A DNA stretch of 62,979 bases, filler included, from Kipferlia bialata (taxonomy: Eukaryota): assembly GCA_003568945.1 (NCBI GenBank). It is 6 parts of 6 records of this genome, joined end to end, with 100 filler letters (N's around TTAATTAATTAA, not from the genome) between each part and the next. Parts side by side here need not be neighbours in the genome. Positions count along the whole stretch, not along the records: positions 10,906 to 24,985 come from BDIP01000863.1; 5 more parts are not named here. One strand, 5' to 3'. The translations under genes were made by a program, and so were the position numbers. Below the pieces are notes generated by a model. It worked only from the letters and a program-made list of their open reading frames with translations. It had not been told where the DNA came from and ran no database searches. This document shows, piece after piece, positions 11,292 through 24,396 of the stretch. Position 1 is the stretch's first letter; every line of letters starts with the position of its first letter.

Positions 11292-14200
11292 GTGATGCTG
11301 AAGGAGTGGGACGAGAACAACCTGGAGTGGGACCTCGTTGACGATACCCTTCTGTCCGATGATCGGTTCACAGACCTGGGGGGGTCTGGTGAGTAGTATT
11401 TGTAGTATGGCAGTGTCGGTATCACCAGGAGACACGAACAGTGGAGAGATGTGGTGATTCCCCCTCACCCCCTATCCTCACCCCCAGTGGCTATTGGCTG
11501 GCCCGGGTGGTACGGCTACTACGCCTTTACCGCGTACTACCTGGACTACCTGATGATCGCTGCATACAACACATGGCCAGGTAGGAACCATGTGTGTATC
11601 AGTATCTATACTGATACTAATACGATTACCTGGGCCAATTACTGGGACTACTACACACACACCTCTGACGCTAGGCAAGACCACCCCTGACACTTCTGTT
11701 CCCGACGGATTCGTGTGTGCGTCCATGAAGCCTAGGATATCACTCGGAGGTACAGCCTACTCCATAGCGGCCATAGTATTTACAAATGCACAAGATATTC
11801 GTATCGTCCCTAACTACACCCTTCTCTCACCTACAGGATCCTATCTGGCCCTCACTGGCGGAGAGGACAGTTACGCCTATGTCATCGACCTCAGTGACAC
11901 AGGTAGGGATATAGCTCTCTCTGTTGCTACACCGTCCTCTACACCTTCCTCTACCACTTTCCTTACCTCCAGAGGCTGAGTGGCAGCGTCTCTACTGCTC
12001 CACAGGAACCGTGACAGACGTTGTGGTGTACGAATTGGATCTGGACCAGTGGCCGAAGTACAACATTGGGCTGGGCCTGGTGTCAGATGACAGTCCAGAC
12101 ATGAACGGGGATATCACAGGTATGTATATGTGTATGTGTGTGCATGTATATACGGTGATATCATAGGTGCCGCCACATCATCCATCCATATACAATAGAG
12201 CATGTATACATATATATATCTCACTCGCAGGCACCATCACGATGTACGAGTACTCCAAGGAGTCAACTCCTTTGTATATATACATCTATCTATATATGTA
12301 CAGATATATGATATGTAGGTAGGCATGCATTCCTAACCCCCAGGCACCATCACCATGTATGAGTACTCCAAGGAGTCAGCCACCCACGACGATGGGTTTG
12401 TCTACAAGTCAACTGTCTATGGCCCTGCAGACGCCTTCCCTAACGGGGTATGTACCCCCCTCTCACTCTCTCTTTAGTCTTCCACCCCTTTCTCACTCAG
12501 GATCAGACGTCTGGAATAGCTGCCTGTGAGTTTGTTGACATGAAGAATGAGTACATGACATGTACCTACGCAGATGGACAGAACGGACCAGCCCTCACGT
12601 GAGTACTCTCCTTCGTTCTCTCCCCCCTCCTCTCTCTCTTGCTTATTCTCAGATACCACTATATATATATGTGTATATATATATATGCTTACTCCCAGAT
12701 ACCACTAGTACTATGATATATATATATATATATGCTTACTCCCAGATACCACTATGAGGATGCCAACGGAGACTATGAGGCAGACGATACGGGAGGCCAG
12801 TCATACGTCCTGCAGCATGTGGACTACCCCTTCAGTGTACGTATATATATCTCTCTCATACTACCCTTCGCCGCTCTTTTCTTATAGGTACTCTACATAT
12901 ACTTGCGGTATACGTGGATGGCCAGACCACTTTTGATTAGATATCTCCCTCTCTTTCTATCTTGCTCCTACGCTACCCCCTATTCCCTGTGCTCTTAGTC
13001 AGGTTACTTGTACATACTCACTATGTCTTATACCCATCTAATGCCCAACTTATACCCCCCTTATACCCAACTTATACCCCCGTTATACCCACCTTATGCC
13101 CAGGGTACCCAGGATACCTTTGCCGGAGATGTGGCGAGACTCCATGAGTACACGTTTGTCGCAGATAGGTACCCTTCCCTCCCCCATATTGTTGCTGTAT
13201 CTATATGTGTACACTACCCCCACTACGTACCCCTTACCTATATATGTATACATACTACTACTATATAGGTAGGTCCACCTCACCCCAGCACAGCCCTCGT
13301 TCCTGGCTCCACTACCGCTGCTGGAGGTATGTGTATGTGTGGTAGGTGTATAGTCGCTATAGTATTGATGCTGTAACTGACATACTAGGTGTGTATGTCA
13401 TGCGTGATGTCTATGCAGACGAGGCCACTCTCAGTGTGACTGAGTACACTCTGACTGAGGAGGAGGGCACTCTCTCTCTCTCTCTCCTCACTGACAAGAG
13501 CGACTCCTCTTCCACCCTAACCACACCCCTCCTCGATGGCCAGCTCTGGGTCGAGGTGTACGACTCACAGGGCACCCTCTCCTCAACTGTGGCCACCTAC
13601 ACATTCGACGAGACTGCCTACACATACACCTTCGACGTGACTATGCCTGTGGTGGCTGGCACCGCTGAGGTCAAGGTGGTACTGGCCGAGTGGTCGATGC
13701 TCGATACCAAGCTAGAGTTTGATGTCAAGATTGACGTCCTGTTCACATCTACAGACATTTCTAGTCTGACCGGTACCTCTACTTGTGGCACTGAGACACT
13801 CACCTATTCCCTGCTGGGCGATGAGGGTGAGGGTGATGGCCCTGTACCATGGACTGAGGACCTTGCTAGTGACATGACTGCAGTGTGGGACGATGCTGCT
13901 GAGACCACCAACACAGTCACATACACTGACGGAGTGTACTCTGTGGCGGTGGTATACCCTAGTGGAGCAGGTACCTACACCCTCTCCATCAGTGTCATGG
14001 GGTCAGTGCTGCTAGGCACCAGGGAGGTCACGGTGGCACCCACCTTCTCCGCTTCCCTCTCCGTTGTCACTCTGTTGCCTGCACAGTCTCTCTATGGAGC
14101 CGCTACCTCGTACCAACTAGTACCTAGGGACGAGTGTGGTCTGCAGATGGACGAGACGGAGACGAGTGTTGCCTTTGCTCTTGGAGACGCCCCTCTCTCC

Positions 14201-16340
14201 ACTCCTACCATACTGGATACAGCCAACAACTGGACGGTCTCTGTCACATCTGACATCACCTCCGAGGGTCTCTGGACCTTCACAGGCTATGCTGCAGACG
14301 GTGTGACTGAGGTGGACTCTACAGTGCTGGAGGTGGCACATGAGTACGTCACGGAGGACAGTGTCTCTAGGGGTGTCTCCAAGGGCCTCTCCTCTCTGAC
14401 AGGCCTACCCTCTGCTACTGACACTGCCTTCTCTATTGTCTACACGGTGCGTGACCTCTATGGTGAGGCCTTCCTCAGTGATGTCGCCTCTCTGCTCTGG
14501 GACGGGACTGCTATCACTACATGCACGGTAGACACTGTGACAGGTGCTGTGACATGCACTGGCACCAGTGACGTGCATCCGGAGCAGCTGACAGTCGAGG
14601 TTGCCCTACCATCGGGTGAGGTTGTGGTATCCGATGATGTTGACACTGAGTACGGTCTCACCTCCTCCCTCTCCCTCTCCGTCTCCACCCCTTGTGACAC
14701 CGAGTCTGCTGAGTTCACACTACTCAGAGACGGCACCCCCTATGTTACTAGCCTTCTCTCTGTCCTCTCTGCCTCATGGGATGACTCTGAGGACCTTACT
14801 ACTGTGTCAAAGGGTACCGGTGATGGTGTCTACTACCTGGCTGTTGGAGCGAGAGAGGTTGGGACCCACACCCTGACCGTGTATCTAGACGGGGATGTCC
14901 TTTGTTCAGATACCGTTGACATCGCCCAGGTTGCAGCAGGGACAGACGGTGGCTCAGTCGTGGTGGCCGAGGGAGACGACCCAACTGTAGGGGACACCTT
15001 GGTCGTCCAGGTAAGATGCTCTCCCCCACTATCAGGCAACAGTTGCTCCTCAGTACACCTCTCTCCACTACATGTTTCCCTCTGTGTCAGAGTATCTGCG
15101 CTTACCTTAGCTGTTGCTCTTGGATACATGTGGTGATCCCATGGATGCCGTAGAGGATATCCCAGCCACACTCAGAGTGAGTGGCTCCTATATGTATATA
15201 TACTGTGCTCTGATAGCTACAGAGTGCTTGGCTCCTATAGGGCTTTGACAGTAAGATGCTTGCGTGATATACTCACTGTTGCCTTACCCTAGGTTCGCCG
15301 TTCCACTACATTCGAGGTGGTGGAGACAGTTGACTTCGTGTCCACCGTCTCTGACGATGCTGCAAAGGTACACACCAAGGAGTCTGTGACCAGCACCAAG
15401 TACGCCGAGTCATGTTAGTTTACGAATCCCCAGTCCACTCTCACCCCCCAGCTATAACTTCTACGCCACACCATCCGCCTTCACCAGTGAGGGTGTGTAC
15501 TCACTCGAGGTTCTCTTTGGCGAGAGCGACGTAGCCGTACTCTCTTCCTCCCTCTCGGTGTTCACTGGATATGCTTCAGTGGGTGATGTCTCCGTCGGTG
15601 TCTCTGGGACCCTATCCACCCTCTCAGGCGTGCCATCCTCTGGCTACACTGTTGGTGACCCATACTCCCTGACGCTGGTACTCACCGACCTAGAGGGCAC
15701 TGCTCTATCCCAGAATCTGTCCCCTACCTGTACCATGGCGGGTTATGCCATGGATCCAGTGTACGATGCAGCTACCTCTGTCTACACCCTCTCTGGCCTA
15801 GTACCCGAGGTTGAGGACGCCGCGTCCCTTGACGTTGTGTGCAGTGTAGACGGGGTGGAGATGGTACGTGCAGTGTGTTCCCTCGACCAGGGTGGACTAC
15901 CCTTCTGGGCATACCTTCTCATTGGAGGTGTGACCCTCTGTCTCATTGGCCTAGGCGTGTACTACTTGTGGACACACCAGACTAAGGACACGTGCAGTGG
16001 GATGGACAGACACGCCAAGGTACAGGACTCCAAGGTGGACGATGGACTGGTTGGTGTGGGTGGTACTGTTGCTGTAGAGCCAGTCATGGCCGTTCCCGTC
16101 ATGCCAGTCCAGACAATTCCGGTAGGGTTTGTGCCTATCGAACTCATTCAGCCCCAGGTGGAGGAGGCAGGTGAGGAGGATGGTCTTCCCAACCCCTCTG
16201 TGCCTGTCAACCCCGACTCTGAGTCCTCGGTAGGGTTTGAGGGCGAGATTGACTGTGACTTCCATGTTGTAGTGGAGGACGGACAGGGGGAGAGAGAGGG
16301 AGAGGACGAGGCCCTTATGCCACTGGATTGCAAGGTGTGA
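11292..16340 (+). CDS. Large type-I membrane/surface protein with Ser/Thr/Val-rich beta (Ig/filamin-like) repeats and one C-terminal TM helix (5' end missing)
   Basis: Long exons within ORFs 13346-15136 and 15495-16340, with RDECG/RDLYG/TDLEG repeat motifs. TM WAYLLIGGVTLCLIGLGVYYLW followed by an acidic tail. Several small upstream exons. Confidence 0.75.
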
Positions 16341-17585
16341 TATGGTTTGATATGTTACGATATTGTACGCGCCTTGTGTCTCGTATCTGACGTCAGGGTA
16401 TCAGCCAGGTGAACCTTCTCACACAGACTGCGGAGGAGGGAGAGCTATAAGTACCCCTTCAATCGACGGTATAGGGACTTGGATATATAGTTAGAGTAGG
16501 AGTCTACCTGCTCTACCTGTGGGGTGTATCTACTATTGTGTTACGAATCCGCTGATTTGGTATATAGAGTGCCGAGGTAAACATAAATTGTATTTGTAGT
16601 CGTTGACTGTGTGGTTGCATGGTTTGTACTGCTTGAACCCACTCAGTGTGTAACTCTGTGAGCTCTACCGTACACCCACTCTAAAGTCATACGCTGCCTT
16701 TTACCAGGCCAACTTTGTTCGAATGATTAATTGATATAGAAAGACTAACCTCAGTCACCTATTTCATGGGGAGTGTTGTCAACCTAGGGCAAGGACCAGC
16801 CCTTCGAGAGATCTGTGTCACACAGGCCGTTGCTAGCTGTAACCAGCCTAGCCCAGTCGGTCAGTGATTTCACACGCCTGTTGAAGGTAACCTCTAATGA
16901 CGGTGTGACTCTTGACGCGGTCGCTGTAGCGGTATACGAGTCGTATCCGTTAAACGAACAGGTGATATGGCAAGTTCTTCACGCATCAAGTGCTCTTAAC
17001 TTTAGAGTCTTAAGTCACCATTGAGGGGCTCTTTGGTGCCGAGGGAAACCAATCTTAAGCTACAACCTTATGAGATCAACCCGTGGCTGCTGCTCTCATT
17101 CAGGTAGCATACGTTGATAACTCCTGGAACACAACCCCTGGGTATCATGGAGTATATTCAATATACTATATTGTTCTTAGTACAATCTACTACTTCTTCT
17201 TGAAAGGCACACAAGTTGTGTGACACAACCAAGGGTGGAAACTTTCCACTGGAAAGTAGGCATATTGGTGTGCACTAGCCGATACTTGTATCATCATGTC
17301 TATTCGCATCCGGACCAGTCCAAACATATAGCAATGATTGACTCTACGCACTTGTGAGGTGGTCGGACCTACATGGTTTGTATATAGGTCCGCCAGTACG
17401 GATCCTGTGACAGAACCTGTCAGACAGGACCTGTCACTGCCTTGCGGTATGTCAGTGACAAATGTACAATGAACAATGTACACTGATCATATACACACTC
17501 TATTGTCTCTTAGTTAACATGTAAATATACAATTGAATACACAGGAATATGGAAGGGAGACCCCCCCTCCTCTCTCCCTCTCTCT

Positions 17586-19155
17586 TTACTCCACAGACCC
17601 AGGGAGAGACACCTCCCGTGCTGGAGCCTCCATCGAGACCTCCTCCTGCCCCTGCTCCGCCTCCACACTGGCAGTATCAGTGGGGTTGGCCTCGAGGTCG
17701 TCGGCCTTGGACTCAACGGAGCTGCGTCTGAGTCTCCTGGGCCTGACTGCATCCATGAAGGGAGCCACACCCACCACAGCGTCACCCACAGTGGGTGAGA
17801 GGTAGGTGGCAGCTACCACGGCAACAGGGATAACAGCCACAGCAGCTACCAGCACAAGGCCCCAGATACTGCCACCCTCGACGGTAACACTGCCTGAGGT
17901 AGGAGTAAGAGAGACAGTGTGCATTAGAGCTTTGGAAGAGAGGTGAAGTAATGGCGTTCAGAGAGAGAGGTGATGAAGTTGGCTCCACTCTACCTGTGGC
18001 AAAGGCGACGCCGTCAATGGCAGCAGAGAGAGAGACGTCTCCCTTGGTAGAGAGTGACGCTGCAGCCTGGTACACAGAGGCAGCAGCCACCCAGGCAGCA
18101 GGGTGGGCGACACCACCCACTGATAGCACCACGTCACTGGATGCCTCTATCGTGTTGCTGTACTGGTCGACAGGGGACATTGAGACGGTGAGGGTGTCGC
18201 CCTTGTTGGCGACGGCCTGGTGCGACATGGAAGAGAGAGAGGGGTAGACAGGGCCGGCGACAATGGTGACACTTCCCGTCTTGAACTCTGCTCCTGAAGG
18301 TGAGGCAGGAGACCGATAGACCGATAGATGGATAGATAGCTGACAGAGGAGAAGGGTAAAGAGGGCTACAACCAGAGAGAGAAAGAGAGAGTACCTGACA
18401 CTCCATCATAGATGACTATAGGCTGCTCTCCAGCTGTGGTGAGGCCTGTAAGGTCAGGACACTCCCACCCCATAACAAAGGAGCCTGGTATAAGGGACTG
18501 GAGACAGAGAGAGGACGGTTACTATGACAGGGGAGGAAGATAGGAGGGTATAGGTGGGGGAAAGTCCCCTATTGCTAGAGAGTGCCAACCACACGTACAT
18601 GGTGCGGGTGCTGTGTCGTTTGGGAGGCCGATGCTGAAGGAGTAAGGGTCCCTGTGGTCTGGGATGATGAGCACAGTCTCGGGCGAGTAAGGACTGAACG
18701 AGACAGAGACGGCATCCCCGGCAACAGTGGCTGAGGTTTGGATAACGGAGGTTGCGGCATCAGGGACACCGCACTGGGTCTGCACAGTGGCCTGGGTTAG
18801 GTATATACTAGGATACATAAGTATATAGAGAGCCATATATATAGTATCAGGGACACCACACTGGGTCTGCACAGTGGCCTGGGTTAGGGGTATGAGTATC
18901 TAGTACATATATATATGCTAGATACACAAATATATAGAGAGCCACATATAGAGTATGAGGGACACCGCACTGGGTCTGGACGGTGGCCTTGGCTAAGGAG
19001 TATAGATATAGATATACAGATCATATACGGGTATATATATAGAGAGAGCCATATATATTGTATGAGGCACACCACACTGGGTCTGGACGGTGGCCTGGGG
19101 TAATGCGGTAGGGGGGGGGGGAGGGAGAGAGAGAGAGACAGTGGGGATTGCATGC

Positions 19156-19201
<46 letters not shown>

Positions 19202-19215
19202 ATATATACCTATGC

Positions 19216-19258
<43 letters not shown>

Positions 19259-19720
19259 TACATACTTGGTCAATGTACCCGTGAAGGCATTCGTCTATAC
19301 TATATAATGATTATTATATAGTATGTATTATATAGTATACAATATATACCTGGTCAATGTACTCGTGACTCCTGACATAGGCTGCGGCATGGAACCCGGT
19401 GGCCGAGTTGGGCGTGAAGGTGAAGGAGTATGTCTGGGTGGCATTGTCCCACACTGGAGTTATGGGAGACAAAGAGAGAGGAAGAGAGGGAGAGAGTACC
19501 TGGGGATATGGGATCCTCAGCCCCTACCACATTGGATATCTCAATTGTGAATGTCTCTGGCTCCCCGGCCTGGGAGTTGGGGAGAGAAAGGGGGGGGGGA
19601 GAGAGAGAGAGAGAGAGGGTGGAGGGGGAGAGATGTGCACCTGTGTGTTTGTGGTACTGAGACTGCCTGACCCGTCGTAGTAGGACATGGTGTTCCCATA
19701 CTGGTCCTCAAGAGTGACAT
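17586..19720 (-). CDS. Second surface protein with Ig/filamin-like repeats and C-terminal TM segment (5' end missing)
   Basis: Exons contain DQYGN and VDQYSN motifs, YSFTFTPNSA and TM IWGLVLVAAVAVIPVAVVAATYL. Stop at 17586-17588. Confidence 0.7.
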
Positions 19721-19803
19721 GGGGTTAGAGCAACTCTCAGGTGATATATATAGTTAGTGATAAATATATATTGATAGATAGATTGACCTGGGGTAGAGAC
19801 GAT

Positions 19804-19838
<35 letters not shown>

Positions 19839-19899
19839 GGGGGGGGCCCGCTCCGACACCACCCGCGGGGGGGGGGGGGGGGGGGGGGGGGGGGACACC

Positions 19900-21766
19900 G
19901 AGGGGGAGCAGGGAGAGGGGTCCGGAGACATAGTTCTGCAGAGACTACCCCCAGCGGCAGGTAAGTACCAGAAGGGTTTCAATATCAGTGCCTCTCTGTC
20001 TCCCGGCTGTCCTTTCTACTCCCCCCAGTCTCCACTCCCAAGGCCAACAGAGACACGACACACAAGACACACAAGAGGCATGACGCCGCAGGTAGCGCGG
20101 CTGTTGTGTGTGACAGAGTGTCAGACGTCTTTATACATCATGTGTTGTCTCTATACCCTTTCTATATTATACTATTTACCGTAATTCTCTCACCCAGGCA
20201 TCGATGTCGGGTCTCCAGCTGGGGTAGTACTGCCTGGTCTTGGGAAGAATAGGTATGAGAGGCAGCAGAATAGAATGTGTATAGAAGAGTTATATGCAGT
20301 GTACTGGTGTATCCTGTTGCTGACGCTCAGGGATAAGCGTGAGTCTCTCAGGGAGGGTGACAGAGAGAGGGCTAAGAAGGCTGATGGCGACAAGGAGACA
20401 GAGAGAGACAGGAAGAGAGAGCGCCGCATGCATCGTGCCCCCTCTCTCCCTGCCTCTCGCATACACAGGTCCAGATCGAAGTCAAGGTGGGGCGCCATAT
20501 GGGTGCACATGTCTATGAGTGTGTATGGAGATGGCTTACCCCAGTGTCAGTACAGAGCCCAAGCCTCCCAAGGAGTCGAGACCCCGTCACTCCCGGCCCA
20601 GCCACATATCCCGGCACAAGGTACGGGGGAGAATGCTATGTGGTATAGTGTTGGGAGCAGTGGTATGGCACAGAAGCTGGGATTGTGTTGCTCCCTTCCC
20701 CTCACTGGTCTCATCTCGTGTTATCCTATCTCCTCTCACCCCCAGTCCTCGGGGCCTGTCCTGAGGGGCAGGGACAAGAGAGAGAACAGGCCCACCAAGA
20801 GCAGGGGGGCAGAGAGACTCAAGAGCAGGGGCGGGGAGAGGCTCAAGCTCAGCAGAAACGCCTCCCAGGTATACATACTGTGCAGTACTTTCAATTGTAT
20901 GTGCTGTCTTATATGAATGTATATATATACATATGTATGTATGCTGTGGCACTGTTGAGTCGACTACCCCCCAGGCCGATGTCCAGACAGCAGCCGTGTA
21001 CCAGGGGCCAGAGATCCCGCGCTTTGCATCCAACGTCAGGTTTGGGGTTACGCTTCACTACTATATTCCTGTTTCTCCGCATCACACCTCAGACGCTCTG
21101 GCAAGCGGTCCGGGTCTCACTCCCTTCGGTCCAAGCCTAAGAAGGAGAGCTCGAAGAGGCGGAGCATCAGAGCAGCCAAGGAGCACCTCAAGGTGGGCAG
21201 AGTCAGTGTCAGCGTCATGTGTAGTGGGTGTGGCACAATGGGTGTGACACCCTGGGTGTGATGTATGATACTTATGTGATATATATATGATATACATATG
21301 ATATATATGTGTTGGGGTTCCTTCACCTCTTATCGATCAGGAGTTCCGGCAGCAGCAGAACGAGTACCTCTTCTCCCTGTTGGCCGAGGAACAGGCCAGG
21401 GAGACGGAGAGAGAGCTCATGTTTAGGTACCCGGTAATTCTATGCCTCCACAGTCACCTACAGTCACATCATGTGTGATCCATCTCAATTTTACATCTTT
21501 TATAACATCCATCTCACATCCAGTGGTCTCCATGGGGAGGGAGAGCGTCTCCGCTTGCAGCGCATCTTTGGGATCGAAAGGACCCAGGCCAACGAGCGTA
21601 TCATGCAGGTCACGGTCGCTTATGTATCAGATGTGTATCAGGGCCACAGTAATGCCCAATCCCGTGATATTCCCCTCACCCCTAGGTCACCGCTGCCCAG
21701 GAAAGTGCCCTGACCGACAAGATACAGGCCCTGGGCCTCACCCAGGAGGACGTCGATGCCATGTAG
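19900..21766 (+). CDS. Uncharacterised protein, low-complexity N-part and helical C-terminal domain (5' end missing)
   Basis: About 11 GT-AG exons splice to ...EFRQQQNEYLFSLLAEEQARETERELMFSGLHGEGERLRLQRIFGIERTQANERIMQVTAAQESALTDKIQALGLTQEDVDAM*. Confidence 0.7.
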
Positions 21767-22593
21767 CGCACCTGGCTCTCTCTCCCTCTGTTGACTTCTC
21801 GCACACCGGGTTCGGTGTGGGAGAGTGTAATGTATTCTGTGGAAGTAACGATTCGGAGAGTTGTCTTTTCTGATAATAAGTGAAAATTGGATGATATGGC
21901 GAAGACTTGGGGTACTTTGTAGCTCGGCGTAGAGAAGTAATATTCAAGAGCACTATTCTATGCTGGCAGAGGACTCTCAACCAGATTGAGTGACGAACGC
22001 CTACACTCTGATGCGTTACCACAGACTGCTGTCAAGAGTGATGTTTCAAAAGAACCCATCTCACGACCCCGTCATATGTTATTTATACAAATACACCTTT
22101 AGTCGGCTACATTTTCCCGTTGTTATGAGTTGAGTGTTGCCTGTCACGGCAGTGTTCACCGAAGTATAATTATTTCAATACACCTATTAATAGCTCTTTG
22201 TTTCATCCTAGTCTATTTTTATCTGACGTGAGCTGATACCAGTTACCGTATCCTCTTCTTCTCTATCAACACTGGTATTAGATAGGATGATATTGAGCGA
22301 TATGTGTACTCTATTGAGTAGAGACTCTACTAGAGTTGAGGGTCCCCTTCGCCTGTAGACTCTAAGATTCACTGTTCCATGACTGTAATGGAATTACTGT
22401 AGTGGACTGTTGAGGGGTGAGGGGTGGTCTTCCCGGTTAGGGAGGGAAACACAGGAGCCTTTCGAAACCACAGGTGAGAACTGGAGCGATTTCTTGTCAT
22501 ATACGTGTGTATATCTCTTAAACAAGCCAGCTGTTGTCTCTGAATGATATCGGTGTCTCTTTGGGTCTTTCCTTCTGGCTTTATGACCCCAGG

Positions 22594-23442
22594 ATGAAGC
22601 TGCTCTTTGTTGCCGTTGCCCTACTGGCCGTAGCCCTTGGCCAGACCTGCACCACCGAGCGGGATGCCCTCGAGGCCATCTATGATGCCACCAACGGACT
22701 GGACTGGACGGTGGCCAACAACTGGTGGGTGCCAGTGGGAATTCATGCATTGACTCTGTCTCTGACCCCTGTGTTCATATGACCCCGTATCTGTATCTGT
22801 ATGCTGATACTGATGCCCAGGCTCAGCCCGGACAACCCGTTCAGTCTATCAGGGTTAATTACTTATTTACTAGTGATCAGACTTGAGTGTTCTATTCATC
22901 TCCTTCACCTGATTCCCAGGCTCAGCAACGACCCGCACTGTGAGTGGACGGGTGTTAGCTGTAACTCGTCAGGCTGGGTGGTGCTCATCGACCTCTCCTC
23001 CTTCGGCCTCACAGGCAGCATCCCCGACGAGATCGGATGCTTCCCCTTCATCAAGGTGCCAGTACTAGTGTGTGGTTGTGGGTTAGACATATTTTTCCTC
23101 CATGGGGGTCTCCAATCATTCTCGGTGCTGACCCCCAGACTCTGTACCTCAACGACGCCGACATGAACACTGCCATCCCCGACTCCATCTGCCTCCTCCA
23201 GGCCCTCAAGTACTTCCAGATCCAGGATGCCGGCCTTGTTGGCGACATCCCCGAGTGCATGTGCACCATGGAGTACATGCAGTACTTCTACGCCACAAAC
23301 AACCAGCTGCAGGTGTGTGTATATCGACTCTTTGTATACGGACTGTCTCTCCAGCGTCTATCGTGTATTTACCACCCCTTCACCCCAGGGTACCATTCCC
23401 GCCTGTGTTAACCAGATGACGTACCTCAGGGAGATACATGTG
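22594..23442 (+). CDS. Secreted/surface leucine-rich-repeat protein with plant-type LRRNT cap (3' end lost at poly-C tract)
   Basis: Signal peptide MKLLFVAVALLAVALG, then ERDALEAIYDATNGLDW...NNW|LSNDPHCEWTGVSCN and LxLSxxxLTGSIPDEIG, LVGDIPEC, NNQLQ|GTIPAC repeats. Confidence 0.9.
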
Positions 23443-23555
23443 GTAAGTGGAACGCCATCCATGCATTCTTGTACCTCTGTTCTTGTGCCTCTGTAGCAAT
23501 GGCCCTCTCCACCCTCTCTGACCCCACCCCCCCCCCCCCCCTCCCCCCCCCCTCC

Positions 23556-23591
<36 letters not shown>

Positions 23592-23610
23592 TGATAATAA
23601 CTCACTCTAG

Positions 23611-23853
23611 TACGTTGACGGACGCTTCCGCAAGAGGTGTGAGGATGTCTTCATCAGGGGCAGCAACGGTGAGTGTGTACATATGTATATTGTAATCATT
23701 ATGTCTATATTGCCACTGTAGTTGCCCTTCAAGTATGTGGCGTCTCTGCTGGCGTCTCTGCTGGTTTAGGTGAGTATGAGGCATCCATGTTGTGGAGATC
23801 CCTGCCCTATTCTCACCCCAGTGTACTACATTGCTTCCAACCAGGCCACATAG
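23611..23853 (+). CDS. LSM6: Last two exons of U6 snRNA-associated Sm-like protein LSm6
   Basis: Exons 23611-23668 and 23822-23853 give YVDGRFRKRCEDVFIRGSNVYYIASNQAT*, matching the LSm6 Sm2 motif (YVNGQLKNKYGDAFIRGNNVLYIS). Confidence 0.7.
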
Positions 23854-24141
23854 GTAGAGAGAGAGAGACAGACACTGAGTGTGACTCTAATCTCACGGGT
23901 CACTCCGGCGGTGCAACGAACAACAAAGAAAAATAGAAAATGAGCAGTAGTGTCTGTGACCCCTCCTATGGTATAGTCCTAGTTAATGATGCTGCTAGGG
24001 TTAGATCAGGCTATAATATCTAGCCTGACCTCAGGAGTACAACTCGAAAATGAGAAAGGGTTCATAAGTGAAAAACGTGCTATTCCAATGAATGCGATCC
24101 TGTTCCGCCAGAGGCAGTCTCTCCTGTGCGTTCAGTATAAC

Positions 24142-24396
24142 ATGTCTGCCTCCAACTACCTGAACCCCCAGCCCGTGCTCAAGGAGTCCGAGGGCCAGAT
24201 GGTGCTTGTGAAGCTGAAGTGGGGATCCAGCTACAAGGGCACCTTTGTGTCTGCCGACCGGTACTTCAACTTCAGGCTCAAGGATGCCTCTGAGGTGATC
24301 AAGGGCGAGGAGAGGCCCGTGGGAGAGATCCTCATCAGGTGCAACAACGTCCTCTACTTCAGGACCCTGTTCACCCCCGCCAGCCTCCAGGTCTAA
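24142..24396 (+). CDS. SNRPF: Small nuclear ribonucleoprotein F (SmF), intronless, 84 aa
   Basis: LNPQPVL...VLVKLKWGSSYKGTFVSADRYFN...GEILIRCNNVLY; the VKLKWG and IRCNNVLY motifs are diagnostic of SmF. Confidence 0.93.
   Translation: MSASNYLNPQPVLKESEGQMVLVKLKWGSSYKGTFVSADRYFNFRLKDASEVIKGEERPVGEILIRCNNVLYFRTLFTPASLQV

Noticed and set aside
16700..17480. Higher-complexity stretch between two convergent genes with short ORFs (16815-17024, 17190-17483)
   Set aside because: No recognisable motif, terminal repeat or RNA structure; it may be an old element fragment but there is no support.
23986..24141. 52-aa N-terminal extension of the SmF ORF
   Set aside because: SmF similarity and coding-like composition begin at ATG 24142; the upstream part is probably promoter or UTR.
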